Source: a virus. From it: a stretch of 64,000 nucleotides of DNA. The translations under genes and the position numbers were made by a program. The notes below the pieces were generated by a model. That model was not told where the DNA came from. It searched no databases and worked only from the letters and a program-made list of their open reading frames with translations. Location: positions 1 to 64,000 of IMG/VR virus record IMGVR_UViG_3300030329_005813; one strand, written 5' to 3'. This document shows, piece by piece, positions 43,456 through 52,872 of the stretch. How positions within the stretch are numbered: the first letter of the stretch is position 1; each line of letters begins with the position of its first letter.

Positions 43456-43808
43456 CCCTGTACAACAATAGCCACAAAGTCATCGCCATCGAGAACCCAA
43501 TGACGCCTAGCAACAATCGTGTCTTCTCCAAATGCATTTAAATCTGATAGGGCTTCCTGCAAATAGTCAGGCATTGAACTCCACGGGATAGTACCAATAG
43601 TGGCGAAAAGAGAGCTTGGATCCTTGTCACCTATCGTCTCTACATCTTGCGGTGTCAGCATAGCAGTCATAACCTCTGCTGCGTGATGTGGGCATTCGTA
43701 GTCCATTTCTTTGTGATCAAAAGAAACAAACTGATTGTAAAGTGTACCTCCAACAAAAGTGCCTTCTTTTGGTTTGGACTCGATCCAAAGCGGTCCTTCA
43801 ATTTTCAC
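43443..43808 (-). CDS. Cassette ORF, hypothetical
   Basis: Ends QGCEE*. Confidence 0.65.
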   Translation of the reverse strand: MKIEGPLWIESKPKEGTFVGGTLYNQFVSFDHKEMDYECPHHAAEVMTAMLTPQDVETIGDKDPSSLFATIGTIPWSSMPDYLQEALSDLNAFGEDTIVARRHWVLDGDDFVAIVVQGCEE

Positions 43809-43993
43809 TCTTCACTCTCCAGTTTATCCGCTAGCTTCTCAAGTTCCTTCATTACCATAACATAACTAATGTTTCCCGGCAAACCATCTGGTAAGACGCG
43901 CTCTATCAAATGAAGGTTCTGAGGCGGGTTTAAACAACCTTTTTTAAGTGCCTCTGCTTGATTCCTTAATATTTCTGCAATAATAAAATTCAT
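43805..43993 (-). CDS. Cassette ORF, hypothetical
   Basis: Ends LESEE*. Confidence 0.6.
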   Translation of the reverse strand: MNFIIAEILRNQAEALKKGCLNPPQNLHLIERVLPDGLPGNISYVMVMKELEKLADKLESEE

Positions 43994-44175
43994 TCTTCGC
44001 TCTCCACTCTTATAAGTTCAAACTCTTCATATCTGTAAACAATCGGGTGTTCGCCACTTCGGTCAATGACCAAATCTTTCTTCCCGGTTGATTGCATTTT
44101 CCACTTTGTATTTAAGCGACGAGTATTAGGGCTTTCGTCAGAGACTTCTACTTTTATTTCTGGTAGGTCTTTCAT
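43990..44175 (-). CDS. Cassette ORF, hypothetical
   Basis: Ends VESEE*. Confidence 0.6.
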   Translation of the reverse strand: MKDLPEIKVEVSDESPNTRRLNTKWKMQSTGKKDLVIDRSGEHPIVYRYEEFELIRVESEE

Positions 44176-44333
44176 TCTTCGCTTTCCACGTTTAGGAGTC
44201 TTATGAGTTCATCTTCAAGTTCATCAGTTAATTCCTCAAGAGGATAAAGTTCGGGACTAACCATTGTTTTTTTGTATTCTTTGCTAAACTCAACAATCTT
44301 CCAGCAAATACGTCTTAATTCATTGTCGCTCAT
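44172..44333 (-). CDS. Cassette ORF, 53 aa; not in ORF track
   Basis: MSDNELRRICWKIVEF...LLNVESEE*. Confidence 0.6.
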   Translation of the reverse strand: MSDNELRRICWKIVEFSKEYKKTMVSPELYPLEELTDELEDELIRLLNVESEE

Positions 44334-44545
44334 TCTTCGCTCTCCTCACGAAACACGCCGTTTTCTTCTACCAATACCTTAACATCATATCTCTCAAGAA
44401 ACAAGTCCCACATCTCTTCTCCAACGACAGCACACTCTTTTCCAAAGTAGCCCTTTAGCCACTGGTGTCTCTCCCACGAGTTTGGTAGAGGGACAAAAAT
44501 AGAGTTTACTTCATTGCTAGTTCTAATGAACTTGCACTTTTTCAT
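44330..44545 (-). CDS. Cassette ORF, hypothetical
   Basis: Ends EESEE*. Confidence 0.6.
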   Translation of the reverse strand: MKKCKFIRTSNEVNSIFVPLPNSWERHQWLKGYFGKECAVVGEEMWDLFLERYDVKVLVEENGVFREESEE

Positions 44546-44772
44546 TCTTCGCTCTCCACAAGTTCAACATCCTCTAAATAGTCTTCGCTTGTATCGCCTG
44601 TCAAGAAGAATGGATTTCCCTCTGGGATTTCGTTGTCCCACTTTATGACGGCATAGAAGAAGCCTTTAGGCTCCTCTTCAATCGGGTGAATCTCCGTAAT
44701 AGTTCCTGTCCCTCTATTAAACTCGCTGTCAAGGTAGAAAAGACGATCACGAACTCTATCACCGACTTTCAT
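44542..44772 (-). CDS. Cassette ORF, SH3/KOW-like (MKVGDRV...IKWD...VESEE)
   Basis: ATG lies within the junction repeat. Confidence 0.65.
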   Translation of the reverse strand: MKVGDRVRDRLFYLDSEFNRGTGTITEIHPIEEEPKGFFYAVIKWDNEIPEGNPFFLTGDTSEDYLEDVELVESEE

Positions 44773-45463
44773 TCTTCGCTCTCCGATAAGCACCAACCGC
44801 AACAGGCCATAACTCTTCTGCGATCTCCAAGCAAGCCTCAGCAACCTTTTGTATTTCCCATTGCGCCCCTTCGTGCGTGCGGAGGTCAATGAACTTTAGA
44901 AGATTGTTTAGGTTGACTGTGCCATAATACTCGGTGTACATATTTTGAGGCAGAACGCCTCTTGCTTGCTCTCGGCAAACGCCTGCTTCGATGAGGCTGT
45001 TAAATAATTCCAAAGAAATCCTATTATGTCCTAGGAATGCTTCAGAAGCAGCAACCTTATGTGCTCCAGCAAGAAACAAATCTGGATCAATCAACTCTTC
45101 GACGTTGCTTGCCTGTCGGTTGGACTTGTGTTGAGTACGGAATGCTTCGGGCTCGTAGAACTGGATGTTTACGTCAGTATACCGACGAGAAATTTCATTA
45201 TAGCTCCAAGTCCGATGACGATGATGCTGAGAACGAACGAAGAGGGGGACAGTAAAGCGGAAAGTAATAGTATTATGCTCAAACGTAGACGTGTGCCGAT
45301 GCTTAACCAAATAGCTGATAAGTTTTTTATCCTTTTCATCTAATTCTTCCTTGTGCTTCCCAAAACTGACACGAGCACTATTAACAATAGTAAGATCGTC
45401 ACCCATGTATTGCACGAGATCAACTGTTCCAATTCCATCTCCATATAGCTCGATTGATTTCAT
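44759..45463 (-). CDS. thyX: Flavin-dependent thymidylate synthase
   Basis: HTSTFEH, RHRTWSYNEISRRY, REQARGVLP, AQWEI. Confidence 0.95.
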   Translation of the reverse strand: MKSIELYGDGIGTVDLVQYMGDDLTIVNSARVSFGKHKEELDEKDKKLISYLVKHRHTSTFEHNTITFRFTVPLFVRSQHHRHRTWSYNEISRRYTDVNIQFYEPEAFRTQHKSNRQASNVEELIDPDLFLAGAHKVAASEAFLGHNRISLELFNSLIEAGVCREQARGVLPQNMYTEYYGTVNLNNLLKFIDLRTHEGAQWEIQKVAEACLEIAEELWPVAVGAYRRAKNESR

Positions 45464-46468
45464 TTATTCGCCCCATAGAGCTGAACAAATAGTGTCGGTT
45501 ACAATAGCCGTAACCTGATACGGGTCACAATTTGCATTTGGTCTCCGATCTTCAATATAGCCTACTCCCTCGATAGCGACTTGCCACGGAATACGAACTG
45601 AAGCGCCTCGGTCTGAAACGCCCCACTTAAACTCCTTATAGGAACAAGTTTCGTGCAGACCGGTTAAACGTTCTTCAATTTTATCTCCATATACGTGTAT
45701 ATGTTCAGAAGCTTTTACGGCTAGTGCTCTTGCTGCCTGCTCGTAAACTCCCTTTTCAGTACGCATCTCAACGGTAGAATAATTAGTGTGACAGCCGGCG
45801 CCGTTCCAATCTCCCTTAACGGGCTTCGGATCCCAACTAACTGATACGCCATACTTTTCGGCTACGCGCTCCAGTAAGTATCGAGCCAGCCACAAATGAT
45901 CAGCAGCCTTAACTGGTCCTAGAGGACCAACCTGAAACTCCCATTGACCCGGCATTACTTCGGCATTGATACCCGAGATGGCCAGTCCGGCTTGAAGACA
46001 TAATTCAAGATGTTCCTCGACAATTTGCCGACCAAATGCATTGGAGGCACCAACGCTACAATAATACTGTCCTTGCGGAGATGGATATCCAGTTTCTGGG
46101 AATCCTAATGGTCGACCGTCCTTAAACAACGTGTATTCCTGCTCTAGGCCGAACCACGATTCGTGTTTTTCGTACTTTTTGGCCAATTCAACACATTGAT
46201 GCCTAGTGTTTGACTTGTGTGGCGTCATGTCAGGGTTAAGTACCTCGCACAATACCAACGTAGAGTTGGGGCCACGGAGCGGGTCTGGAGTAACCGATAA
46301 GACTGGTTTTAAAACACAATCAGAGCTAGAGCCCTCGGCTTGGTTAGTAGAAGAGCCATCAAACCCCCACAGTGATAAATCATCGTTATTACCGATTACT
46401 TTTGTTTTGCTTCTTAATTGTGGTGTCGGCTCTGTGCCATCAATCCAAATATATTCTGCTAATTTCAT
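45464..46468 (-). CDS. glnII: Glutamine synthetase type II
   Basis: EYIWIDG, FDGSSTNQA, NAEVMPGQWEFQVGP, DWNGAGCHTNYS, EDRRP..NCDPY. Confidence 0.93.
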   Translation of the reverse strand: MKLAEYIWIDGTEPTPQLRSKTKVIGNNDDLSLWGFDGSSTNQAEGSSSDCVLKPVLSVTPDPLRGPNSTLVLCEVLNPDMTPHKSNTRHQCVELAKKYEKHESWFGLEQEYTLFKDGRPLGFPETGYPSPQGQYYCSVGASNAFGRQIVEEHLELCLQAGLAISGINAEVMPGQWEFQVGPLGPVKAADHLWLARYLLERVAEKYGVSVSWDPKPVKGDWNGAGCHTNYSTVEMRTEKGVYEQAARALAVKASEHIHVYGDKIEERLTGLHETCSYKEFKWGVSDRGASVRIPWQVAIEGVGYIEDRRPNANCDPYQVTAIVTDTICSALWGE

Positions 46469-46499
46469 TTTGTCTTATACTCTCATTAATTCAATAAAT

Positions 46500-46844
46500 T
46501 TAGGCTTCTTTGCCCTTAATAATTTTCCCACAACAGTTGCACTCAAAAGGTTCAGCCAATTTAGATTCGCTCTCATTATAATTGAAAGTAACTTCCTCAT
46601 CGCTCTCTATATCGCGTAAAGACACTACAAAAAAACTGACAACCTTACAAGTAGGATTACAAGAATGATTAATATATCTACCTACCTTGTCCTCGACGTG
46701 ATATTTCTTAGATACTTGAATAGATGTTCTGGTTGGGCCTGGAACTAGCGTGCCGGTAGTCAAATCACATACCACAGCCCCTTTCTTACAAGGTTCTTTG
46801 AGGTATACACCATATACATCATTTTTAGATGCTACGTAAATCAC
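46500..46844 (-). CDS. SET-domain protein
   Basis: RYINHSCNP, RDI..DEEVTFNY, post-SET-like FECNCC. Confidence 0.85.
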   Translation of the reverse strand: MIYVASKNDVYGVYLKEPCKKGAVVCDLTTGTLVPGPTRTSIQVSKKYHVEDKVGRYINHSCNPTCKVVSFFVVSLRDIESDEEVTFNYNESESKLAEPFECNCCGKIIKGKEA

Positions 46845-46851
46845 TTTTTAC

Positions 46852-47118
46852 TCACGCCTCAGGAGGAACAGGAAAATGTATTAGATTTTCATAGACGGAA
46901 TCTTCTTCGGGCTCGTCGATATTAAAAGAATCCGTAACGGCTGATATTTTATTTCTTAGTTGGCCTAAGGCTATAATCATATCCATAGTCTGGTCTACGG
47001 TCCACTCTTCTGGTAGATCACCAGTCCTAAGCCAGCGTTTCCAAGTTACTATCGCCATTTCAATACAGCCTTCCAACATATGCAAGTCAGAAAGTCCAAG
47101 ATCCATTGATTTTTTCAA
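46852..47118 (-). CDS. Hypothetical protein
   Basis: ORF track. Confidence 0.55.
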   Translation of the reverse strand: MKKSMDLGLSDLHMLEGCIEMAIVTWKRWLRTGDLPEEWTVDQTMDMIIALGQLRNKISAVTDSFNIDEPEEDSVYENLIHFPVPPEA

Positions 47119-47399
47119 TTTTCTTCCCTCATAGACGCCATAATATGATTTCGCTCGATCAGGCTAAAAGAATGTGATTCTACTTGTATGTCCCTAATAA
47201 TATGTGTTGGGATAACTAATAGCTCATCTTTCTTGAAGCTGGCCGCCTCATTAGTGGAATCCCGAATCACTTTGACAACTGAATAAGGACTCTCTTTTGC
47301 TTTGAAATCTTCCGGAAGCAAAACCATAGATTCTTTCTTTTCTTCTGGAGCCTTAACAAGCTCTACTAAAATCCAATTATTTTCTGGCTGTATTCTCAC
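47115..47399 (-). CDS. GroES-like co-chaperonin
   Basis: MRIQPENNWILVE...SMVLLPE...SLIERNHIMA; GTG start with GGAG RBS. Confidence 0.7.
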   Translation of the reverse strand: MRIQPENNWILVELVKAPEEKKESMVLLPEDFKAKESPYSVVKVIRDSTNEAASFKKDELLVIPTHIIRDIQVESHSFSLIERNHIMASMREEN

Positions 47400-47452
47400 T
47401 GTCTCTCCATTTGTATATAATATAACACACTCATATCCACAAGTCAAGTTAT

Positions 47453-48010
47453 TTAAGAATTGTTTTCGGCCACCTTTTTACACATCTCAATAAAATAGTC
47501 TTGTGGAAACTTGTTTTTCATCCTATTTATGTCTTTATGAACGAACTGAATGTTCTCTTTTGTGTAGCCCTTGTTGCTGTCGATTCTGTCTGGTGACCAA
47601 GTATTCTTGTCAAGTTTTACGCCGGAAAGGGCGCAAACAAAGCCACTCTTCTCTAAAGCCTCGTTCATAGCTTGAATGTTTATTTCAAACGGGATGTTCC
47701 TATCCATTGCTTGACGCTCCGTTCTCCGAAACCTCGCACCCGAAATAAGCCCACAACCCTTCCAACTTGGATTACCGGAGCCATAACTATGTTTCACAGA
47801 GCACTCATAACAACGAGTAGAGGCCCCATTTACTAACTGCGTGCAGTCAGTGGGTTTTTCGGCGCCGCATTTACACTTCACCGAATAATAGTAATAGAAA
47901 TTTTTTCCCTTTTTCAACCGGATCGGCTCTGGATCTAATAATTCCCACGAACCGAACTTATGTCCCTTTGGGAATAGATTTTTGTATTTTGTTTGTCCTT
48001 TTCTTGGCAT
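47453..48010 (-). CDS. Homing endonuclease (HNH-like) downstream of nrdJ
   Basis: CKCG..., CALSG, SPDRIDSNKGYTKENIQFVHKDINRMK. Confidence 0.85.
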   Translation of the reverse strand: MPRKGQTKYKNLFPKGHKFGSWELLDPEPIRLKKGKNFYYYYSVKCKCGAEKPTDCTQLVNGASTRCYECSVKHSYGSGNPSWKGCGLISGARFRRTERQAMDRNIPFEINIQAMNEALEKSGFVCALSGVKLDKNTWSPDRIDSNKGYTKENIQFVHKDINRMKNKFPQDYFIEMCKKVAENNS

Positions 48011-48089
48011 AATAAAACCTCCTTTCAATAATAAGTAGTTCTTCAAAGCCCTTATCACCGAAAGGAGGCTGTTTTTTATTCAGTCGCCA

Positions 48090-49949
48090 TTAGGTAAGTT
48101 CACAACTTCCGTTGCCTCCACAAGCTATTTCGCCCTGAAGATCGGTGTTGTCTTCGACTTCAATGACGTTTGTAAGATCGACATCAACAAGTGTTTTCAT
48201 CAACTCTTCATATTCTTCCTTAGTGCAGTCAGAAAAGGGAGCTTGGATATACGATCCTCCGTCGTAGGGAAGCACAGATAAACCATTGTAATGTTTACGA
48301 TTTTCCCACATCCACTCGCCCGTCTCTTCCCACTCGTCTTCTCGAATACTAACGGTAGCACTAACGTTATGCGTGTTTTGTCCTTTGCTATGGCCGGGTC
48401 GAATCCACTCCATACTTACTTTTTTAACGCGCTCAAGCATTGAAATAGCACTTTCTGAGCGTGTAATAGCGTTTTGTGGAGATTTTTGTGGCGCTGATAT
48501 AACAGCCGTGTCGTGAGGGCGGAAATAATCGTCCTCGACCAACTCCGGATGAAACTCCGCTAAATAACCGTAAATAGCTTCGTTTTTCCCCACTCGGATT
48601 CGTCGAATGTAGTAGTCATTGTGCCACGCGTGAATTCCAGACGAAGTACCTAGTGTTAAGGAGGTTGTTCCAGCCGGCTTGACGCAAGTGCAGCGAGCAG
48701 CCGGATTAATTCCTAACAATTTAGCGACTCGTGCATTTTCTTCTTTAACGACCTTGGCAGCTGCCTTCATATCTAGATTTAAAACTTTACCTGAGGCAAT
48801 ACCGGTCATAGAAACACCGATTAAAGCATCTTTTTCTGTTGTACGTTGCCAGACTGGACGAAGATAGTGAAAATCTGTGTAAGAAGCTTGCAAAGTACCA
48901 ATAAAGGCAGCTGCACGAACTCGATTTTCATATTCTTCCTGCGTATCGATGTCTGAAACATTAACTTCGGTTAAATTACAGAACTGAAACGGGCGCAGAG
49001 CAATTTCACAACACGGGTTTGTACCCCAGTCCTTATCATATGTAAAATAGAACCCAGGCTCCCCTGCACCAGAAGCTTTTACGCGGCTCCAAAGGTCAAG
49101 AAAAAACTCTTTTGTGACCATATGTCGCATTAAAGCAACTGAGTTGTTTGCTCGGCCACGTTGGGGGTTTTCCTCCCACCAGGAACCAGCTTTGGCGGCG
49201 ATCATTTCATCGTTATCAGCAGAAAAAAGACTAATAAGAGCAGCGCGACGAATTCCGCCGGCTAAAACAGCGTCAGCTATATAACAAACCATATCATGCA
49301 CTTCAATCGGACGTAGCTTATCGCCATTTTCCTTAGACTCAAGTATACCCTCAAGCTTAACTAAGCACTCTTTAAGAGGCTGCGGGCCTGGGGCCTTACC
49401 ACCAGATGTTACTAATCTGGCTCCCTTAGGTCTAATGTCCGAGAAATCGAAACGAAGCTTAGAAGTACCACGAAAATAAGAAGTTACAAGCGCCTTTACA
49501 GCGTCGGCCCACCCTTCAATAGAGTCACCAATAAGATATCGGTAGGTTCTCTTGCCATTTGGTTTATTAATCTCTGGCAATTTATCAACGTGGTGATTTT
49601 GTACCGAATAACCAACCCCAGTGCCACCAAGCAGCAAAAACATAATCTCACCAAAAGCACGGGTGTCGTCAATGGGCATATAGGCGCAGTTAAAGATTCG
49701 GTTGGGTGCAACTTCGATGGGTTTGCCGCCGAACTGCATCGATCTCATAGAAGGAAGTACTTTTTTCTGATGTACATATTCATATGCTTCTTCGATTTCG
49801 TCTTTTAGTTCCGGATATCTTTTAATATGCATAACTTTATTTCTATCGGCCAGTTCCGTAAATGATTCACGGCGATAAGCCTCTTTCAAGTATCTCGCAT
49901 ATTTCATATGTACTGTAATATCTGATAAAATACTAGCTGCTAATTCCAT
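48090..49949 (-). CDS. nrdJ: Class II (B12-dependent) ribonucleotide reductase
   Basis: FNCAY, GGTGVG, GGIRRAA, TNPCCEI, CNLTE, VKPAGT. Confidence 0.92.
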   Translation of the reverse strand: MELAASILSDITVHMKYARYLKEAYRRESFTELADRNKVMHIKRYPELKDEIEEAYEYVHQKKVLPSMRSMQFGGKPIEVAPNRIFNCAYMPIDDTRAFGEIMFLLLGGTGVGYSVQNHHVDKLPEINKPNGKRTYRYLIGDSIEGWADAVKALVTSYFRGTSKLRFDFSDIRPKGARLVTSGGKAPGPQPLKECLVKLEGILESKENGDKLRPIEVHDMVCYIADAVLAGGIRRAALISLFSADNDEMIAAKAGSWWEENPQRGRANNSVALMRHMVTKEFFLDLWSRVKASGAGEPGFYFTYDKDWGTNPCCEIALRPFQFCNLTEVNVSDIDTQEEYENRVRAAAFIGTLQASYTDFHYLRPVWQRTTEKDALIGVSMTGIASGKVLNLDMKAAAKVVKEENARVAKLLGINPAARCTCVKPAGTTSLTLGTSSGIHAWHNDYYIRRIRVGKNEAIYGYLAEFHPELVEDDYFRPHDTAVISAPQKSPQNAITRSESAISMLERVKKVSMEWIRPGHSKGQNTHNVSATVSIREDEWEETGEWMWENRKHYNGLSVLPYDGGSYIQAPFSDCTKEEYEELMKTLVDVDLTNVIEVEDNTDLQGEIACGGNGSCELT

Positions 49950-51319
49950 TATTCTTCTCCGTCTTTTTTCTTGGTTTGTCTAAACTTTTTATACTTCTCT
50001 TTTAGTACTTCGCTTTGGTCTTTAGTAGACAATGTATTTTGCTCTTCTCCAGTAGTCTGTAATACTTCTATCTGTACATTTCTTGTGTGCATTGAAACAG
50101 GAAATACTAAACCATCAGGGCCATTTCTGTTTTTAGCAACGAAAATTCTACCCGAATTACTCTGCTTGTCCTCTACGGTTCTCGAAAGCGAAAAAATAAA
50201 ATCTGACACAAAACACTTGTTGTAAGCTTCTGAGATTGATTCCATCGTGATAACTTCAGCATTCAGGCCCGACCTATTTGTTTGAGAAGCGGTCCAGACA
50301 CAGCAATTAAATTCCTTTGCCAAACCTCGCATCTCTTCATAAATAGATTCCAACTCATGTCTTTTCTCATTTTTGACAGAAATTGGCCGCAATAAATCTC
50401 CATAGTCAATAATGACCATATCTGGATTAATATCTCTCATTCTTAGTTTTTCTAGATGAGTTCTAAGAGTTCTCGTGGAGGCTGACTTGGTAGGATATTC
50501 TTTGACAATTAACACTCCTTCCAAGTCTTGAATTGTTTCATAGATCTCTTCTTTAAAGGAATGTAGATTGCCTAGAGGTACCTTAGTTATACAAGAATCA
50601 TAACGACTTGCTGTTATAGTGTCAGCTAACTCAAGAGTATAATGTACTACAGTCTTGCCCAACTTGATAGCTTGTGCTCCTAAATGGACCAAAACCATTG
50701 ATTTGCCAGCGCCTGTGGGGGCGATGACAACTCCAAGCTCCCCTATACCAAGACCACCTTGGCAGATTGAATCGATCTCCTGCCAACCTGTAGTTATCGG
50801 ACTCCGAGCCTTAATCTCAAATCGTCTTTCAAAGTCTTTTAAATAATCATACCCAAAATCAGTAGGATCACCCAGCTTAATTGCATTGTTAATGATTGAA
50901 GCAATTTCATCAAAAGAAGACTTTTGAAGAAGGCCAACCGACTTAATCATCGCTTCCTTAAGTTTTTGCTTTCGACAAAAATCCAGTGCAATGTTTTTAA
51001 TATAATCTGAGCCGTTTACTTTCGTATTATGGATGCGGGCAAAATAGTTTCTAAGTTGCTGCTGTGTGGCAACATTTTCATCTTCCAGATCAGCCCGAAT
51101 TATAGAGATCATAATCTTATAAGTCGGATGAACATCATACTCTTCGCGATATTCAAAAATCTTCTTGATAAATACACGAAGATATCGAAGCTCTAGAAAG
51201 TTAATATCTAGAACCTCCATAATCTGATCAGCAAAAGGCCGATCTTGTAAGATCATCTGACAAAGAGACTCTTGAAAGTCCTTGCCATACTTACTGAAAC
51301 TAGGCTTATCTGTGCCCAC
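49949..51319 (-). CDS. DnaB-like replicative helicase
   Basis: APTGAGKS, TLE, IIDYGD, TASQTNR, KNRNG. Confidence 0.9.
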   Translation of the reverse strand: MGTDKPSFSKYGKDFQESLCQMILQDRPFADQIMEVLDINFLELRYLRVFIKKIFEYREEYDVHPTYKIMISIIRADLEDENVATQQQLRNYFARIHNTKVNGSDYIKNIALDFCRKQKLKEAMIKSVGLLQKSSFDEIASIINNAIKLGDPTDFGYDYLKDFERRFEIKARSPITTGWQEIDSICQGGLGIGELGVVIAPTGAGKSMVLVHLGAQAIKLGKTVVHYTLELADTITASRYDSCITKVPLGNLHSFKEEIYETIQDLEGVLIVKEYPTKSASTRTLRTHLEKLRMRDINPDMVIIDYGDLLRPISVKNEKRHELESIYEEMRGLAKEFNCCVWTASQTNRSGLNAEVITMESISEAYNKCFVSDFIFSLSRTVEDKQSNSGRIFVAKNRNGPDGLVFPVSMHTRNVQIEVLQTTGEEQNTLSTKDQSEVLKEKYKKFRQTKKKDGEE

Positions 51320-51366
51320 TAAAATCCCCCTGTGGCTATTAAATATAGCCTATTTTATTGCGCTTG

Positions 51367-52335
51367 TCAAGCAGCTTCTTTATTTTTCTCAATCAGTCCA
51401 CGAAGCATCGCCATAAGCTCGGACCAATCATAAGAACCAAAACCGTGCTCAACAGAAGTGCGCTTAAGCTCGGTTGCATTTAGCTCAAATTCAAAATTAT
51501 CGAGCGCAAAGTTAATTTTTTGGCGCCCTTGAACTGAAATGCTAGGAGGGGTAAGATTCATTACTTTGTAGTTTGTCTCTACCGTATTCCAGCCCTCCAC
51601 AATCCTTTCATAGAATTTTAAATTACTGTCAATCTTGGCGCAATGGTCGTAAACCTTATCAAGTGTGTGCATCTTGTCTTCACACAAGAAGTCCAGACGC
51701 TTTGATATGGTCGCCAGTCCGGCTCCACGGATACCTACGAGATTATCGGACTTATCCCCGGCAATAGCTCGGGCAATCACGAAGTTTTCGGGTGAAATGC
51801 CGTATTCTTCAATAACAGTATTTTTGGTCCAAGCTTTCTTCTGGATAGGGCGGTACAGTACCGTCTCTTCATCGAGAAGCTGTAAAAAATCTTTATCCGA
51901 AGAGACAATTACCTTTTGCCAGCCGGCATACTTGGGCGACTGGACGACCATTGAAATAATATCATCTGCCTCGGTCCTATCTAATACTAGCTGCATAATC
52001 GGCATTTCGTTTAGCATTTCCATAAGGATACGCTGTTGCCAGATCATATTCTCTTTCTCAGATTGCTCCGACATGCCCTCGATCTTGTAGTTTTTTCGCA
52101 ATGGCTTTCGACCTTGCTTATACTCCTTGACCACTGTACGGCGCTTTTGAGAGCCACCAGAGCCATCCCAACAGATAATCACTCGGTCTGGCTTGGCTTC
52201 CCTCATAAGCTTCTTAATGGAGTTAATAAAGCCAACAGCGCCACCGATTGGGTTGCCATTGCTTGAGATCATTGGGTTAACAATGTAGTTCCTAATAAAC
52301 ATATTAAGAGCGTCAACTACTAATAATCGCCTCAT
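51367..52335 (-). CDS. 5'-3' exonuclease / flap endonuclease (T4 RNase H-like)
   Basis: LVVD, WDG, YKQGR, EADD, SSDKDFLQL, GDKSDN. Confidence 0.9.
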   Translation of the reverse strand: MRRLLVVDALNMFIRNYIVNPMISSNGNPIGGAVGFINSIKKLMREAKPDRVIICWDGSGGSQKRRTVVKEYKQGRKPLRKNYKIEGMSEQSEKENMIWQQRILMEMLNEMPIMQLVLDRTEADDIISMVVQSPKYAGWQKVIVSSDKDFLQLLDEETVLYRPIQKKAWTKNTVIEEYGISPENFVIARAIAGDKSDNLVGIRGAGLATISKRLDFLCEDKMHTLDKVYDHCAKIDSNLKFYERIVEGWNTVETNYKVMNLTPPSISVQGRQKINFALDNFEFELNATELKRTSVEHGFGSYDWSELMAMLRGLIEKNKEAA

Positions 52336-52802
52336 TGGCTCACTCCCCACCAATTTGGCACATTGCCGTTTTTCCACTTAGCAATACGCGCCTTGGCACC
52401 AATATAATAGTTTCTATATGATTCCACTGGATCTTCTGTTTTGAATTCGTTTGGCATCGCAAGACGAAATGGTGTTTGGCCAATGGTAGGCAAGTTAATG
52501 TTTAAGTTTTCGGCCCACTCAGTGACAGCTTGTGATTTATGAATCCTTCCATATCGCTTTGTATATTCTTCACACAAGGCGCGAGAATGTTTAACAAGCC
52601 ACTGCCAGTTTTCATAAGACTCGCCAGCCCACAACGTGCAAGGATGCTTAGGATGGGCCGTGCGATAAGGCGCATCAAGACCTTGCTTGCGTGCTACCGT
52701 ACACAACATCTGGTTGGATTCCAGAATCATTTTAACTACGTGCTTATCGCACATCATCTGTGCTGCAACGACCGGATCGTCGTGCAAAACAAAAATATTC
52801 AT
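52332..52802 (-). CDS. Pyrimidine-dimer DNA glycosylase (DenV-like family)
   Basis: MNIFVL...CDKHVVKMILESNQML, HPCTLW, EYTKRYGRIH. Confidence 0.85.
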   Translation of the reverse strand: MNIFVLHDDPVVAAQMMCDKHVVKMILESNQMLCTVARKQGLDAPYRTAHPKHPCTLWAGESYENWQWLVKHSRALCEEYTKRYGRIHKSQAVTEWAENLNINLPTIGQTPFRLAMPNEFKTEDPVESYRNYYIGAKARIAKWKNGNVPNWWGVSQ

Positions 52803-52872
52803 ACTTTATCCCCCTGTGCTTATAATATAGCACGTATTCTTAATCTAGTCAACAGAAAAGATGTCAAGAAAC

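Larger units (their letters stand above)
43443..44784 (-). repeat. Array of 16-bp junction repeats GGAGAGCGAAGAATGA separating six small ORFs
   Basis: Exact at 44769, 44542, 44330, 43990; 1 mismatch at 44172; 2 at 43805; 3 at 43443. Confidence 0.9.

Noticed and set aside
43443-44784. CRISPR array
   Set aside because: Repeats are only 16 bp, intervals are 158-362 bp, variable and protein-coding, and no cas genes are present
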